Source: Gemmatimonadota bacterium (GTDB taxonomy: Bacteria > Gemmatimonadota > Gemmatimonadetes > Longimicrobiales > Gaopeijiaceae). Taken from it: 42,362 nt of DNA. Positions 27,495 to 36,343 of this stretch are shown in pieces (positions within the stretch are counted from its first letter, which is position 1; each line of letters begins with the position of its first letter). The DNA is taken from NCBI GenBank assembly GCA_050114675.1, contig JASFRY010000001.1, positions 1-42,362 of the forward strand, in the 5' to 3' direction. Made by a program: the position numbers and the translations under genes. Below the pieces are notes generated by a model that was not told the DNA's origin, searched no databases, and saw only the letters and a list, made by a program, of their open reading frames with translations.

Positions 27495-28597
27495 CGGTCC
27501 ACCTCCTCTTCGGTGTTGTAGAAATGGGGGCTGATGCGCACGTGCCCCGGTCGATGATCCACGATGATGCCCTTCTCCGCCAGCCGGCGCACGGCACCCG
27601 CGGGATCGGGGTGGCGCACCATGACGATGGCGGAGCGGTGGTCCTGTTCCGGAAGCCGCAGCGCGAACCCCGCTTCCTGGCAGCGGGAGACGAGATGGGC
27701 CGTGAGGTGACCGTTGCGCTCCACGATGGCGTCGATGCCCACCTCGTCCACGATCTCTTGTCCGCCCAGGGCCGTGTGGACCGTGGGCAGCGCCGGCGTG
27801 CCCATTTCGAACCGGCGGGCATCGCTCCGGTAGGTGAAGCCGGTGAGGTCGAATTCGAACTGCCGCTCGGCGGCGAACCAGCTCGTGATCCGGGGTCGGA
27901 GCTCGGGCAGCCGGTCACCCCGGACGTAGAGGTAGGCCAGACCCGGGCCTCCCAGAAGCCACTTCAGGGGGCCCGCCGTGTAGAAGTCCACGTCCGTGGC
28001 AGCCAGGTCCAGCGGCACCTGCCCGGCCCCCTGGTAGCCGTCGATGAGACACCAGGCGCCGGCCTGGTGGGCGATCTCGGCGAGCTTTCCCACGTCCTGG
28101 ACGTATCCCGTGGTGAAGAAGACGTGGCTCGTGGCGACGAAGAGCGTTCGCTCGTCCACCGCCTCGGCGAACTGCTCCGGGTCCACGCGGATTCCGTCGG
28201 GACTCTCCAGCACCACCAGCTCCATCTCCGGCTTCACCATCCATTGGTAGGCCAGCGTGGGGAAGTCGAGCTCGGTGCAGACGACGCGGCTGCGGGCACC
28301 GGGCCGCACGGATTCGGCGACGACCGAGAGGGCCACCGACGTGGACGGAAGGAGGGCCGTCTCCTCCGGCCTCGAGCCCCAGAACGCCGCCACCTTTCCG
28401 CGCAGCTCCTCGATTCGTCCGAGCCAGTGCTCATACCATGCGGACGCGCCCATGTCGTGCCACCGCTCCCTGAAGTCGTCCAGGTATGCCTCCGAGCGAC
28501 GGGACAGGGCACCGAGCGAGCAGGAGTTGAGATAGGTCCTTCGCGCGAGGATGGGGAACTCGGCGCGGAGCTCGTCGAGTCGGGCGGGTTCAATCAT
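27461..28597 (-). CDS. Aminotransferase class V-fold PLP-dependent enzyme
   Basis: 378 aa. The product carries FPILARRTYLNSCSLG and HQAGAWCLIDGYQGAG, with the PLP-Lys context FYTAGPLKWLLGGPG. Its ATG overlaps the kinase stop by 8 nt. Confidence 0.8.
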   Translation of the reverse strand: MIEPARLDELRAEFPILARRTYLNSCSLGALSRRSEAYLDDFRERWHDMGASAWYEHWLGRIEELRGKVAAFWGSRPEETALLPSTSVALSVVAESVRPGARSRVVCTELDFPTLAYQWMVKPEMELVVLESPDGIRVDPEQFAEAVDERTLFVATSHVFFTTGYVQDVGKLAEIAHQAGAWCLIDGYQGAGQVPLDLAATDVDFYTAGPLKWLLGGPGLAYLYVRGDRLPELRPRITSWFAAERQFEFDLTGFTYRSDARRFEMGTPALPTVHTALGGQEIVDEVGIDAIVERNGHLTAHLVSRCQEAGFALRLPEQDHRSAIVMVRHPDPAGAVRRLAEKGIIVDHRPGHVRISPHFYNTEEEVDRCVDALADTRT

Positions 28598-30797
28598 CGG
28601 TCAGGGCCCTCCGGACGATGGAGAGGAGGTCCTTTGCCTCCCACGGCTTGGGAAGGAACGGGCGGGCCTCTGCGTCGGCCGAAAGCTCCTCGCGCAGCTC
28701 GGCGTAGCCGCTGGTGAGGACGAAGGGGATGTTCAAGCCTTCCGTCCGCATGGACTCCGCCAGCGCGGGTCCGCCCATCCGCGGCATGACGACGTCGGAC
28801 AGGACCAGGTCGACGTCGCTCCCCTGGCGCCGGAGGATCTCCAGCGCCTCCTCGCCATCGGCGGCGGTGAGCACCCGGTACCCCGATCGCTCGAGGACCC
28901 GGGTTGCTGCGCGGCGCAGGGCCGATTGGTCCTCGACGATCAGAAGGGTGCGGGACAAAGGGTCGTGGGCGTCGGACTCCGGCCGAACGGGCGGAGTCTC
29001 GACCTCCCCGGCCCTCTCCTTCCACGCATCCGTCGCCGGGAGCCAGATGGAGACGCGGGTCCCGATGCCCACCTTGGAGGCGATGTCGACGAACCCGCCC
29101 TGCTGTCGGGCCAGACCGTAGGTCATGGAAAGCCCGAGACCTGTGCCCTTCCCTTCGGGCTTGGTGGTGAAGAAGGGCTCGAACACCCGGCTCACGTGCT
29201 CCTCGTCCATGCCGCTCCCCGTGTCTTCCACGACGACGGCGACATAGCACCCGGGCTCCAGCCCTTCGTGACCGTTGAGGCCATCTACGTCCTTGTCTTC
29301 GGCGTACACCCGGATCGTGAGCACCCCGCCGTCGGGCATGGCGTCCCGGGCGTTGGTGACCAGGTTCGCCACCATCTGCTCCACGGTCCCGGCGTCGGCC
29401 AGGACCCGGGGAAGGTCCGGTGCCTTGAAGACCCGCACATCGATGCTCTCGGGGATGAGGCGGCTGATGAGCGAGGAAATCTCGTCGACCAGCATCTCTA
29501 CGCTGACCGGCTGGATGTCGAGGTGCGCCCTGCGGCTGAACCCCAGGAGCTGGCGTACCATGCGCGCCGCCCTCTGGGTGGACATGTGGATGTCCGCCGC
29601 CTGCTCTCTCAGTTCCCGGAGCTCGTTGGGAAGCCCGTCCAGGAGAAGAGACGTGTTTGCGCCGATGACCGAGAGGATGTTGTTGAGGTCGTGGGCGACC
29701 CCGCTGGTGAACCGCCCCACGGCCTCCAGCTTCTGCGACTGGCGCAGCTCCTCCTCCAGTTGGCGCTCCCGCGTCACGTCCCGCGCGGCCACCACCAGGT
29801 TGGCGATGCGGCCGCGGTCGTCGAGTACCGGCGTGATGACCGCCTCCTGGATGTAGTGGGAGCCGTTCTTGCGGCGGTTCACGAAGCTCCCCGTCCAGGT
29901 TCTTCCCGCCAGCACCGTCTCCCACAGCTCGCTGTAGAACGCGTCGGGCTGCAGCCCGCTCTTCAGGATGCGCGGGTTTTGCCCGAGGATCTCCGACCGG
30001 TCGTACCCCGTGGTCCGCTCGAAGGCCGGGTTCACGTATTCGATGGTGCCGTCGGGATCCGTTATGACGACCAGCTCCGCCGATTGCTCGATGGCCCGCT
30101 GCAGCTGGAGCCGCTCCAGCTCGGCGGCCTTCCGCTCGGTGACGTCGCGGGATACGACGACCAGCGCGTCCACCGCCGCATCGTCGAGGAGGTTGCTGAC
30201 GTTCGTCTCCAACCATCGGTAGCCACCTTGGGCGGAGCGGATCCGCAGCTCGATGCGCACGGGGCGCGACGCGTCGGCGGCCGCTGCCTCGAACGCTGCC
30301 GTGGCGGAGGGAAGATCGTCGGGATGCACGCGGTCCGTCACCGAACGTCCCGCGAAGTCCTCAGGTCGAAGGCCCAGGACCCGTTCGACTGACGGACTGA
30401 CGTATTCGAGCGAGCCGTCCTCGCCGACGAGCGCGATGATGTCCCACCCCGCCTCCACGACCCTTCGGAAGCGACGCTCGCTCGAGGCGACCCGGCCGTC
30501 GGCTGTGATCCGGTCGCTCACGTCCTGGAAGGACACCACGAAGTAACCTGGGGCTGGCGCGTACGCGTGGATGGCGAAATGCCGGTCCAGGTCCCGGGAG
30601 TAGCGTTCCGTGGTCAGCGGCTCGCCCGTGACGGCGACGCGGCCGTAGTCGCGCAGGAATCGACCTTCCTCGACGGATGGTAGGACCTCCGAGGCCCTCC
30701 GTCCGACGACCTCGTTCTTGCGGAGGCCCGTCAGGCGCTCGAAGGCCGGGTTCACGTCCAGGAAGACGGAATCCACCGGGCGGCCCACCTCGTTCAC
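28590..30797 (-). CDS. Hybrid sensor histidine kinase (3x PAS - HisKA - HATPase_c - REC)
   Basis: The H-box reads FTSGVAHDLNNILSVI. The ATPase carries the N box plus DTGSGM and GKGTGLGLS. The C-terminal receiver reads LLIVEDQ...LVLSDVVMPRMGG. The listed GTG 30797 start truncates the first PAS domain, and the true 5' end is probably upstream (see findings). Confidence 0.85.
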   Translation of the reverse strand: MNEVGRPVDSVFLDVNPAFERLTGLRKNEVVGRRASEVLPSVEEGRFLRDYGRVAVTGEPLTTERYSRDLDRHFAIHAYAPAPGYFVVSFQDVSDRITADGRVASSERRFRRVVEAGWDIIALVGEDGSLEYVSPSVERVLGLRPEDFAGRSVTDRVHPDDLPSATAAFEAAAADASRPVRIELRIRSAQGGYRWLETNVSNLLDDAAVDALVVVSRDVTERKAAELERLQLQRAIEQSAELVVITDPDGTIEYVNPAFERTTGYDRSEILGQNPRILKSGLQPDAFYSELWETVLAGRTWTGSFVNRRKNGSHYIQEAVITPVLDDRGRIANLVVAARDVTRERQLEEELRQSQKLEAVGRFTSGVAHDLNNILSVIGANTSLLLDGLPNELRELREQAADIHMSTQRAARMVRQLLGFSRRAHLDIQPVSVEMLVDEISSLISRLIPESIDVRVFKAPDLPRVLADAGTVEQMVANLVTNARDAMPDGGVLTIRVYAEDKDVDGLNGHEGLEPGCYVAVVVEDTGSGMDEEHVSRVFEPFFTTKPEGKGTGLGLSMTYGLARQQGGFVDIASKVGIGTRVSIWLPATDAWKERAGEVETPPVRPESDAHDPLSRTLLIVEDQSALRRAATRVLERSGYRVLTAADGEEALEILRRQGSDVDLVLSDVVMPRMGGPALAESMRTEGLNIPFVLTSGYAELREELSADAEARPFLPKPWEAKDLLSIVRRALTDD

Positions 30798-31160
30798 GAT
30801 GATCTTGTGGATGGCCAGGCCGTTGGTGGAGTGCTGGAAGAGCTGACGATACCAGCTCCGACTGTTCGGGTGCAGAAACGTCGTCAGGCGCCAGAGGAGG
30901 CGCCGGGAGGCGGCAGGAAGAAGGCCGATCAGCGTGGCGGCCAGGCTCTGGGACGTGGGCTCGACGATGGATCTCCCGGGTCACCCCCGACGGCGGGTCG
31001 GGGATTCGGTTGAAGTGGCCCACCGGCAACGCGGTGGACATGGTCGGAGACAGCCAATCTTCGCCGCATCGCCCCGAGCCGGGCAAGGTGGGCAGCGACC
31101 GGGCCATCGCAGTACGCGGACGACGAAGATGGTTGCGAAAACAGATGTCCGGGTGAAGAC

Positions 31161-32804
31161 GTGAAAGGGGGAGGCTGCACGGGCACGGCATCCGATCATT
31201 GGGTTGCCGTGTCCGTCAGTCTCCCCGGGCTCCTCTGGAGTGGGTGGTGGCGTGTGGGTGTCTCCCCCAGGACACCACTGTGCAGGTCCGGGGGAGTCCT
31301 CGTCAGCTCGTGGACATCCAGTCGGAGCCGGAATCTGAACCTGTCCCGCATCCTCCGGGTTCTCCGGACGGTTCCCGCTCTCGTGTGGGCCCTCGGGTCC
31401 GCCGCGAGCGTGGCGCTCGCGGTGGTCGTCGACACGGCCGGGTCTCACCCGGACGTGATCGATCCGTCGCGCCCCACGCTTCTGGCCGACGAGGCAGTGA
31501 CCGTGACCGCGCCGGCCTCGCTCATGACCACGCCCGTGCGGATCCCCGTCGGCCGCTTGACCGCCCTCCTCGAGGACGCCGTCCCCATGGAGTACGGGAG
31601 TCTCGATCGGCGGGAGGACCTGCCCGGCCACGACCGGACGGATCTGGCCTTCCAGCTCCGGCGCAGCCCATTCAGGGCCTCCCTGGATGGGAGCACGGCC
31701 ACGGTGCATACCACGGTGCAGTACAAGGTGCGCGTCTTCTACAACCCGCCGCTCCTTCCCGAGATGAGCGGCTCGTGCGGGACGGGCGAGGGGGAGGCGC
31801 CCCCCCGCCTTGCAGTCACGCTCCGCGCTCCGGTGGCCCTCGATCGGCGCTGGCGCCTGCGGACCCATGCCGAGGTGGTCTCCATCACGCCTGCTTCGGA
31901 CGAAGCCCGCGACCGGTGCACCATGACCTTTCTCGGGGTGGACGTGACCCACCGCATCGTGGACGCTGCGAGGGACTTTCTGGAGGGCCACGTGGACGAT
32001 GTGGACACCCTGGCGGCGACGGCCGACGTGCGCTCGTCGTTCGACGGGTGGTGGCGGACGCTGCAGCAGCCCATCCACCTCACCGACTCCCTGTGGCTGT
32101 CCCTCCGGCCGGAGGCGATCCGGAGGGGACGGGCCCGAGGCGTCGGGGACTCGGTGCAGATCCTCCTCGCCCTTCAGGCCCGGCCGGCGATCTCGTATGG
32201 CCCGCGGCCGAGCATCCCGGGTCGTGCCCTTCCTCCTCTCGACTCCGGGAGCGTCTCCGACGGTCTGGACCTGAGGGTGGAGGCACGGGCGGAGTACGGT
32301 CCCGCCAGCGACTTCCTCCAGCAGGAGCTGGGCGGACGGGTCCTGGAACACCAAGGGAGGCGATTCACGCTGGACTCGATGGCGGTGTTCGGGATCGGGG
32401 CGGGCCGACTGGCCCTGGAGATCCACGTCTCCGGCGACGTCACCGGTCGCCTCTACCTCGTGGGCACGCCCCACATCGATCCGGGCACTGGCCGCATCTC
32501 GGTGCCGGATCTGGACTTCGACCTGGCCACCCGGGACATGGTGCTTGCCGCCGCTGCGTGGATGAAGGCGGACGAGCTCCGGGATCTGCTCCGTCGCAAG
32601 GCCAGCTGGCCCGCGGCGCCGGCCGTGGCGTTCCTGAGCAGCTGGCTCGACAAGGGCCTGAACCGGCACCTGTCCGACGACCTTCGTGTTCGAGGTCAGG
32701 TGGATACGCTGCGAATCGTGGGCGTGCGGGCGCTTCGGGATGCGCTGCTCATCCAGGTGGCCGCTCGGGGCAGTGCCGAGATCTTCATCGCCGGGGAGCG
32801 ATGA
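31161..32804 (+). CDS. Hypothetical exported or membrane-anchored protein (possibly DUF4403-like; family assignment tentative)
   Basis: The long ORF is protein-like from about 31335 onward and has a hydrophobic anchor ALVWALGSAASVALAVVV. The start is unresolved: GTG 31161, GTG 31383 or a non-canonical codon. Confidence 0.6.
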   Translation: MKGGGCTGTASDHWVAVSVSLPGLLWSGWWRVGVSPRTPLCRSGGVLVSSWTSSRSRNLNLSRILRVLRTVPALVWALGSAASVALAVVVDTAGSHPDVIDPSRPTLLADEAVTVTAPASLMTTPVRIPVGRLTALLEDAVPMEYGSLDRREDLPGHDRTDLAFQLRRSPFRASLDGSTATVHTTVQYKVRVFYNPPLLPEMSGSCGTGEGEAPPRLAVTLRAPVALDRRWRLRTHAEVVSITPASDEARDRCTMTFLGVDVTHRIVDAARDFLEGHVDDVDTLAATADVRSSFDGWWRTLQQPIHLTDSLWLSLRPEAIRRGRARGVGDSVQILLALQARPAISYGPRPSIPGRALPPLDSGSVSDGLDLRVEARAEYGPASDFLQQELGGRVLEHQGRRFTLDSMAVFGIGAGRLALEIHVSGDVTGRLYLVGTPHIDPGTGRISVPDLDFDLATRDMVLAAAAWMKADELRDLLRRKASWPAAPAVAFLSSWLDKGLNRHLSDDLRVRGQVDTLRIVGVRALRDALLIQVAARGSAEIFIAGER

Positions 32805-32819
32805 GAGGGTCCCGCCTCC

Positions 32820-33368
32820 TCAGGGCCGGTGCGTCCGCACCCACTCCATGACGGGATCGGCGACGCGCTCCTTGAAGGGGAACGCCGCCAGCCACTGCCA
32901 CGCGTCCAACGGCGTGGCCCGGACCACGCCCACGGAAAGAAGGACGACGTACCAGACCAGGAACGTCCACGCCAGCTCACCGGCGAGGGCCATGGGCCGC
33001 GGCGTCTCCTCATCCTTCGACGACTTGACCCGTTCCTCCCGCGCCGGATCTCCGGTGATCATCTCGGCGGTCACCTTGAACCCGCGCCAGTAGAAGCTCG
33101 TGGCGCTGCGGAGCTTCCGGGCTGCTTCCCGGGGCTTCCGGTCACTCAGCATGGACGGAACCAGCACGGCGGAGTACGTAAGGATCCTGCGGAGCACCAG
33201 CGGGATCCAGAATACGGCACCGACGAGGGCCCAGACGGCGAGACAGATCGTGAGGATCACCCAGCCGAGCACCTTCACGGCCCGCCCGTCGCGGCCCGCC
33301 GCCGCCTCTTCGTCGCCGGCGGTGGGTGAGGTCGTGGTGTAGCGGAGTACCTGGCTCGCCTCGTTCAT
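32820..33368 (-). CDS. Hypothetical membrane protein (182 aa)
   Basis: The product starts MNEASQVL... Its hydrophobic segments are VLGWVILTICLAVWALVGAVFWIPLVL and LAWTFLVWYVVLLSVGVV. The rest of the 941-aa ORF is antisense junk. Confidence 0.6.
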   Translation of the reverse strand: MNEASQVLRYTTTSPTAGDEEAAAGRDGRAVKVLGWVILTICLAVWALVGAVFWIPLVLRRILTYSAVLVPSMLSDRKPREAARKLRSATSFYWRGFKVTAEMITGDPAREERVKSSKDEETPRPMALAGELAWTFLVWYVVLLSVGVVRATPLDAWQWLAAFPFKERVADPVMEWVRTHRP

Positions 33369-33508
33369 CTCGAATCTCCCCGTTTGGACTGTACGTCGGC
33401 GGCTCTGCTGCAAGCGCCAGGCCACGCGCTTGGGCGGTCCGACCTGTCGCCGCCGCGTCGCTCCGGGAGCACGAGAGGCCGACACCCCCTGCCGGGGTGG
33501 GGACCGGG

Positions 33509-33523
33509 TGGCACGGAGGTTGC
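33509..33523 (+). promoter_or_regulatory. Sigma-54 (-24/-12) promoter, perfect core consensus
   Basis: TGGCACG-GAGG-TTGC matches TGGCACG-N4-TTGC exactly. It lies about 75 nt upstream of ATG 33600 in a divergent intergenic region. Confidence 0.65.
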
Positions 33524-33599
33524 CCGGATCGACGTGCCCCCCCCTGGGACCCTCGAGAACGCCTGCCCGGCGAGAGGGCATGGGGGAGGTCGACATCTG

Positions 33600-35306
33600 A
33601 TGGATTCCACCGTCCGCAAGGTGCTGCGCACCATCGCGGTGCTCGTGATCTGGCTGCCGGTCGGTTGTCATAACGACGGCGTCCAGCCCGACGGCCCTGC
33701 GCCCACCCTGACTTCCCTGTCCCCGGCAGAGGGCACCGTGGGCACCGAAGTGCATATCGTCGGAAACGATTTCCGGTCCGGCGCTTCGGTCAGCGTGGGT
33801 GGGACGCCCGCGACATCCGTCGACGTAGCCAGCTCGACCGACCTCTACGCGTTCGTGCCCGACGGTGTGGTGGCGGGGACTCCATACGATGTTGAGGTCC
33901 ACAACACGGACGGGACCAGCGCCACGCTGCCCGCGGCATTCACGGCGATAGCCCCGGACCTCCGATTCGTGAACAGCGCCACCAAGCCCTCGGGAAACTC
34001 CGGGAGCACCGTCATCCTCGAGGGTGACGCCTTCGGCGATCTGCAGGGCGACGGGCAGGTGCTCTTCTCCGACGGTGTCGGAGGCACCATCGCGGCCACC
34101 ATCGCTTCGCCGGGGGACTGGACCAACACCTTCATCGTCACCACCGTGCCCAGCGCCGCTCAGGACGGTCCCGTGACCGTGACGACGGCGACCGGCACCA
34201 GCGAGAGCCTCCCCTTCAAGGTGACGCAGAACGCGGCGTTCAGCCCGTCGACGATCTTCTGGACCGAAACGACCTCGATGCCCGAGGCGCTCAGCGGCCA
34301 CAGCGCCCTCTATGTGCCCATCGAAGACCCGACGGGCGCTACGATTCCCAGGGTCTACGTGGTGGGCGGGCGACGCCTGAACGGAGAGCTCTCGGCCCAG
34401 GTCCACCACGCCGTGATCCAGGAAGCGGGAGGGCTGGACACCTGGGTGAGCGCGACGGGGCTCGATGCTCCGCGCGCGTACGCTTCGGTGGTGGCGGCGA
34501 CACCGTTCAACTCCAAGGTGCCCGGCGCGGGACGGCTGTTCATCATCGGCGGGATCGACGACACCGGTGCGCCGACGACCTCGGTGCTGTCGGCCGAGTT
34601 GGATTCCGTGGGCAATGTGGCGGCGCCCGTGGCCGCCACGCCGCTCCCCGTGCCCCTCCACTCCATGGGTGCCGTGGTGTTCCGCAGCCACATCTACGTG
34701 GCGGGCGGAGCCACCACCGGAGACGCACCCGTGGCCACCGTGTACCGGGCGGCCATCGACACGCTGGGTGCCCTGGGCGAGTGGGTCGAGCTGGAGAGCC
34801 TGCCCAGCCCCAGGGCGTCCCACGGCTTCCAGACCTTCGGCGGCTTCCTCTACGCCGTAGGTGGTGATGGCGACGCGGTCGCGCCGGACGACGGTGCCAC
34901 CACGCAGCCAGGCCGGCTCGACCAGATCGCCTACGCCAAGATCAACCTGCGCACCGGAGATCTGTCGGGGTCTTGGTCCATCAACGCCGCGAGCCTGGGG
35001 AAGGTGCGGAGCAAGCACTCGGCTCTGGCCGCCGGCGGCAACATGTTCGTCTCCGCCGGGCTGTATTCCGCGGCCCAGCAGGGCTCGAGCGAAAACACCT
35101 ACGCCCAGATCAACTCGGATGGGACGGTGGGATCGTTCGGTGGCGCCACCGGATCCAACACGCTTCAGTCCGTGGGTGCAGGCAACCTGTTCAACCACGC
35201 GGCCATCGTGTACGTGGATGGGGCCGGGCAGGCCCACGTGATGATCCTGGGCGGAGACAGCGTAAACGCTCCGGGAACGCGCTCGGCGAAGGTCTTCTAC
35301 TACTGA
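33600..35306 (+). CDS. Lipoprotein with two IPT/TIG domains and a six-bladed Kelch-like beta-propeller
   Basis: The lipobox reads WLPVGC. The IPT-like segments read LSPAEGTVGTEVHIVGNDF and GSTVILEGDAFG...GPVTVTTATG. Six blade signatures are present: YVVGG, LFIIGG, IYVAGG, LYAVGG, MFVSAG and VMILGG. GGGGGAGG lies upstream of the ATG. Confidence 0.85.
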   Translation: MDSTVRKVLRTIAVLVIWLPVGCHNDGVQPDGPAPTLTSLSPAEGTVGTEVHIVGNDFRSGASVSVGGTPATSVDVASSTDLYAFVPDGVVAGTPYDVEVHNTDGTSATLPAAFTAIAPDLRFVNSATKPSGNSGSTVILEGDAFGDLQGDGQVLFSDGVGGTIAATIASPGDWTNTFIVTTVPSAAQDGPVTVTTATGTSESLPFKVTQNAAFSPSTIFWTETTSMPEALSGHSALYVPIEDPTGATIPRVYVVGGRRLNGELSAQVHHAVIQEAGGLDTWVSATGLDAPRAYASVVAATPFNSKVPGAGRLFIIGGIDDTGAPTTSVLSAELDSVGNVAAPVAATPLPVPLHSMGAVVFRSHIYVAGGATTGDAPVATVYRAAIDTLGALGEWVELESLPSPRASHGFQTFGGFLYAVGGDGDAVAPDDGATTQPGRLDQIAYAKINLRTGDLSGSWSINAASLGKVRSKHSALAAGGNMFVSAGLYSAAQQGSSENTYAQINSDGTVGSFGGATGSNTLQSVGAGNLFNHAAIVYVDGAGQAHVMILGGDSVNAPGTRSAKVFYY

Positions 35307-35350
35307 TCTTGGATCTTGCGGGCGTTTCACACGGCGGCATACCCTCTGGC

Positions 35351-36172
35351 ATGTCCCGACGGGTCCGTGCATCGATGCGCCCTGCCGGCGCGACGACCGT
35401 GCTGCTGCTCCTGGCAGGCGCGGCGGGTGCACCGACGTGTGTCCTTGCGCAGGCAGCGAAGCAGAACCGGGTGGAGGTCCAGGCCGGTCCCCTTTCCCAT
35501 TCGCTGCTCGGCACCGTCGGGGGAACGCTCCCCAATCTGGGCGCGAACGGCTATGACGTCGCAGCACGCGTCGAGGGAGAGTCTTCCACGCTGCTGGGCG
35601 TATCGGCCGGCCTGCGCCTGAAGCCGTCTTTGACGCTCCGTGCACGGGTCGCGCGGACGACCACGGCCTTGCGTCTGGTCGTCGATGCGACCCCCGTCGG
35701 GGGTGCGGGAGCCCAGCGCTACACGTTCGACGGGTTGGGCGATGTAGGAATCTGGCTCATGGATGTGGACCTGGCCTGGGCCTTCTGGCGGAGCGACGGG
35801 CTGCTCGTCCCCTACGTCTTCGGCGGAATCGGCGCGAGCCGATGGACCCTGTCGGGGCTCGAGGATCTGGGCGCCCTCCCGCCGCTGCTGGAAAGTCCCT
35901 TGAGCCTGAGCCCGATCACCGCGTTCCTCCCGGGCGCCGTGGCCGGTGTCGGGGTGGAGATTGCGGTGCTGGGGCCCGTGCGTCTCGGGATCGAGGTCGC
36001 CGATCACGTGAGTGGAGACCCTATCTCCGATGACGACTTCCGGATCGGGACCAACTTCGTCGGGTTCGGCCGCGCGAAGGACCTGGTCCACAACTTCTCC
36101 ATGACCGCAGCGGCACGCATCGCTTTCGGAACAGCCGGCTCAGAGCGGCGATCCTCTCCTGGACCGACATGA
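35351..36172 (+). CDS. Exported beta-rich protein, putative outer-membrane beta-barrel
   Basis: The signal peptide reads TTVLLLLAGAAGAPTCVLAQA. Alternating hydrophobic strands follow, such as YVFGGIGASRWTL, AVAGVGVEIAV and RLGIEV. The protein does not end in a canonical aromatic residue. Confidence 0.55.
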   Translation: MSRRVRASMRPAGATTVLLLLAGAAGAPTCVLAQAAKQNRVEVQAGPLSHSLLGTVGGTLPNLGANGYDVAARVEGESSTLLGVSAGLRLKPSLTLRARVARTTTALRLVVDATPVGGAGAQRYTFDGLGDVGIWLMDVDLAWAFWRSDGLLVPYVFGGIGASRWTLSGLEDLGALPPLLESPLSLSPITAFLPGAVAGVGVEIAVLGPVRLGIEVADHVSGDPISDDDFRIGTNFVGFGRAKDLVHNFSMTAAARIAFGTAGSERRSSPGPT

Positions 36173-36343
36173 GCCCGTGGACGGGCCTCATGCGCAGCCG
36201 CGACCTGCGGCGTGGGCGGTGTCGCGCCTGCGGCTCGCCAGGACGGTCCGGAATCGACATTGTTGTGGACCCTCGAAGAAGACAGCGAGCTGGCTTGGAG
36301 GCGACCCGGCGCCTTCAAGCCATCGGATGGGAGCCATCACTCG

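Noticed and set aside
28551-30392. 613-aa plus-strand ORF, with similar long ORFs at 885-1949, 2110-3246, 5404-6531, 7007-8011, 23232-24017, 24026-24877, 27524-28717, 31199-32851 and 39983-41937
   Set aside because: All of them overlap strongly supported genes on the other strand or in another frame. All have skewed Arg/Pro/Gly/His composition and poor third-position GC bias.
33369-35645. Upstream part of the 941-aa minus-strand ORF
   Set aside because: It is antisense to the IPT/TIG-Kelch lipoprotein gene and its product is Arg/Gly/His-rich junk. Only the last 182 codons (32820-33368) look like a real membrane protein.
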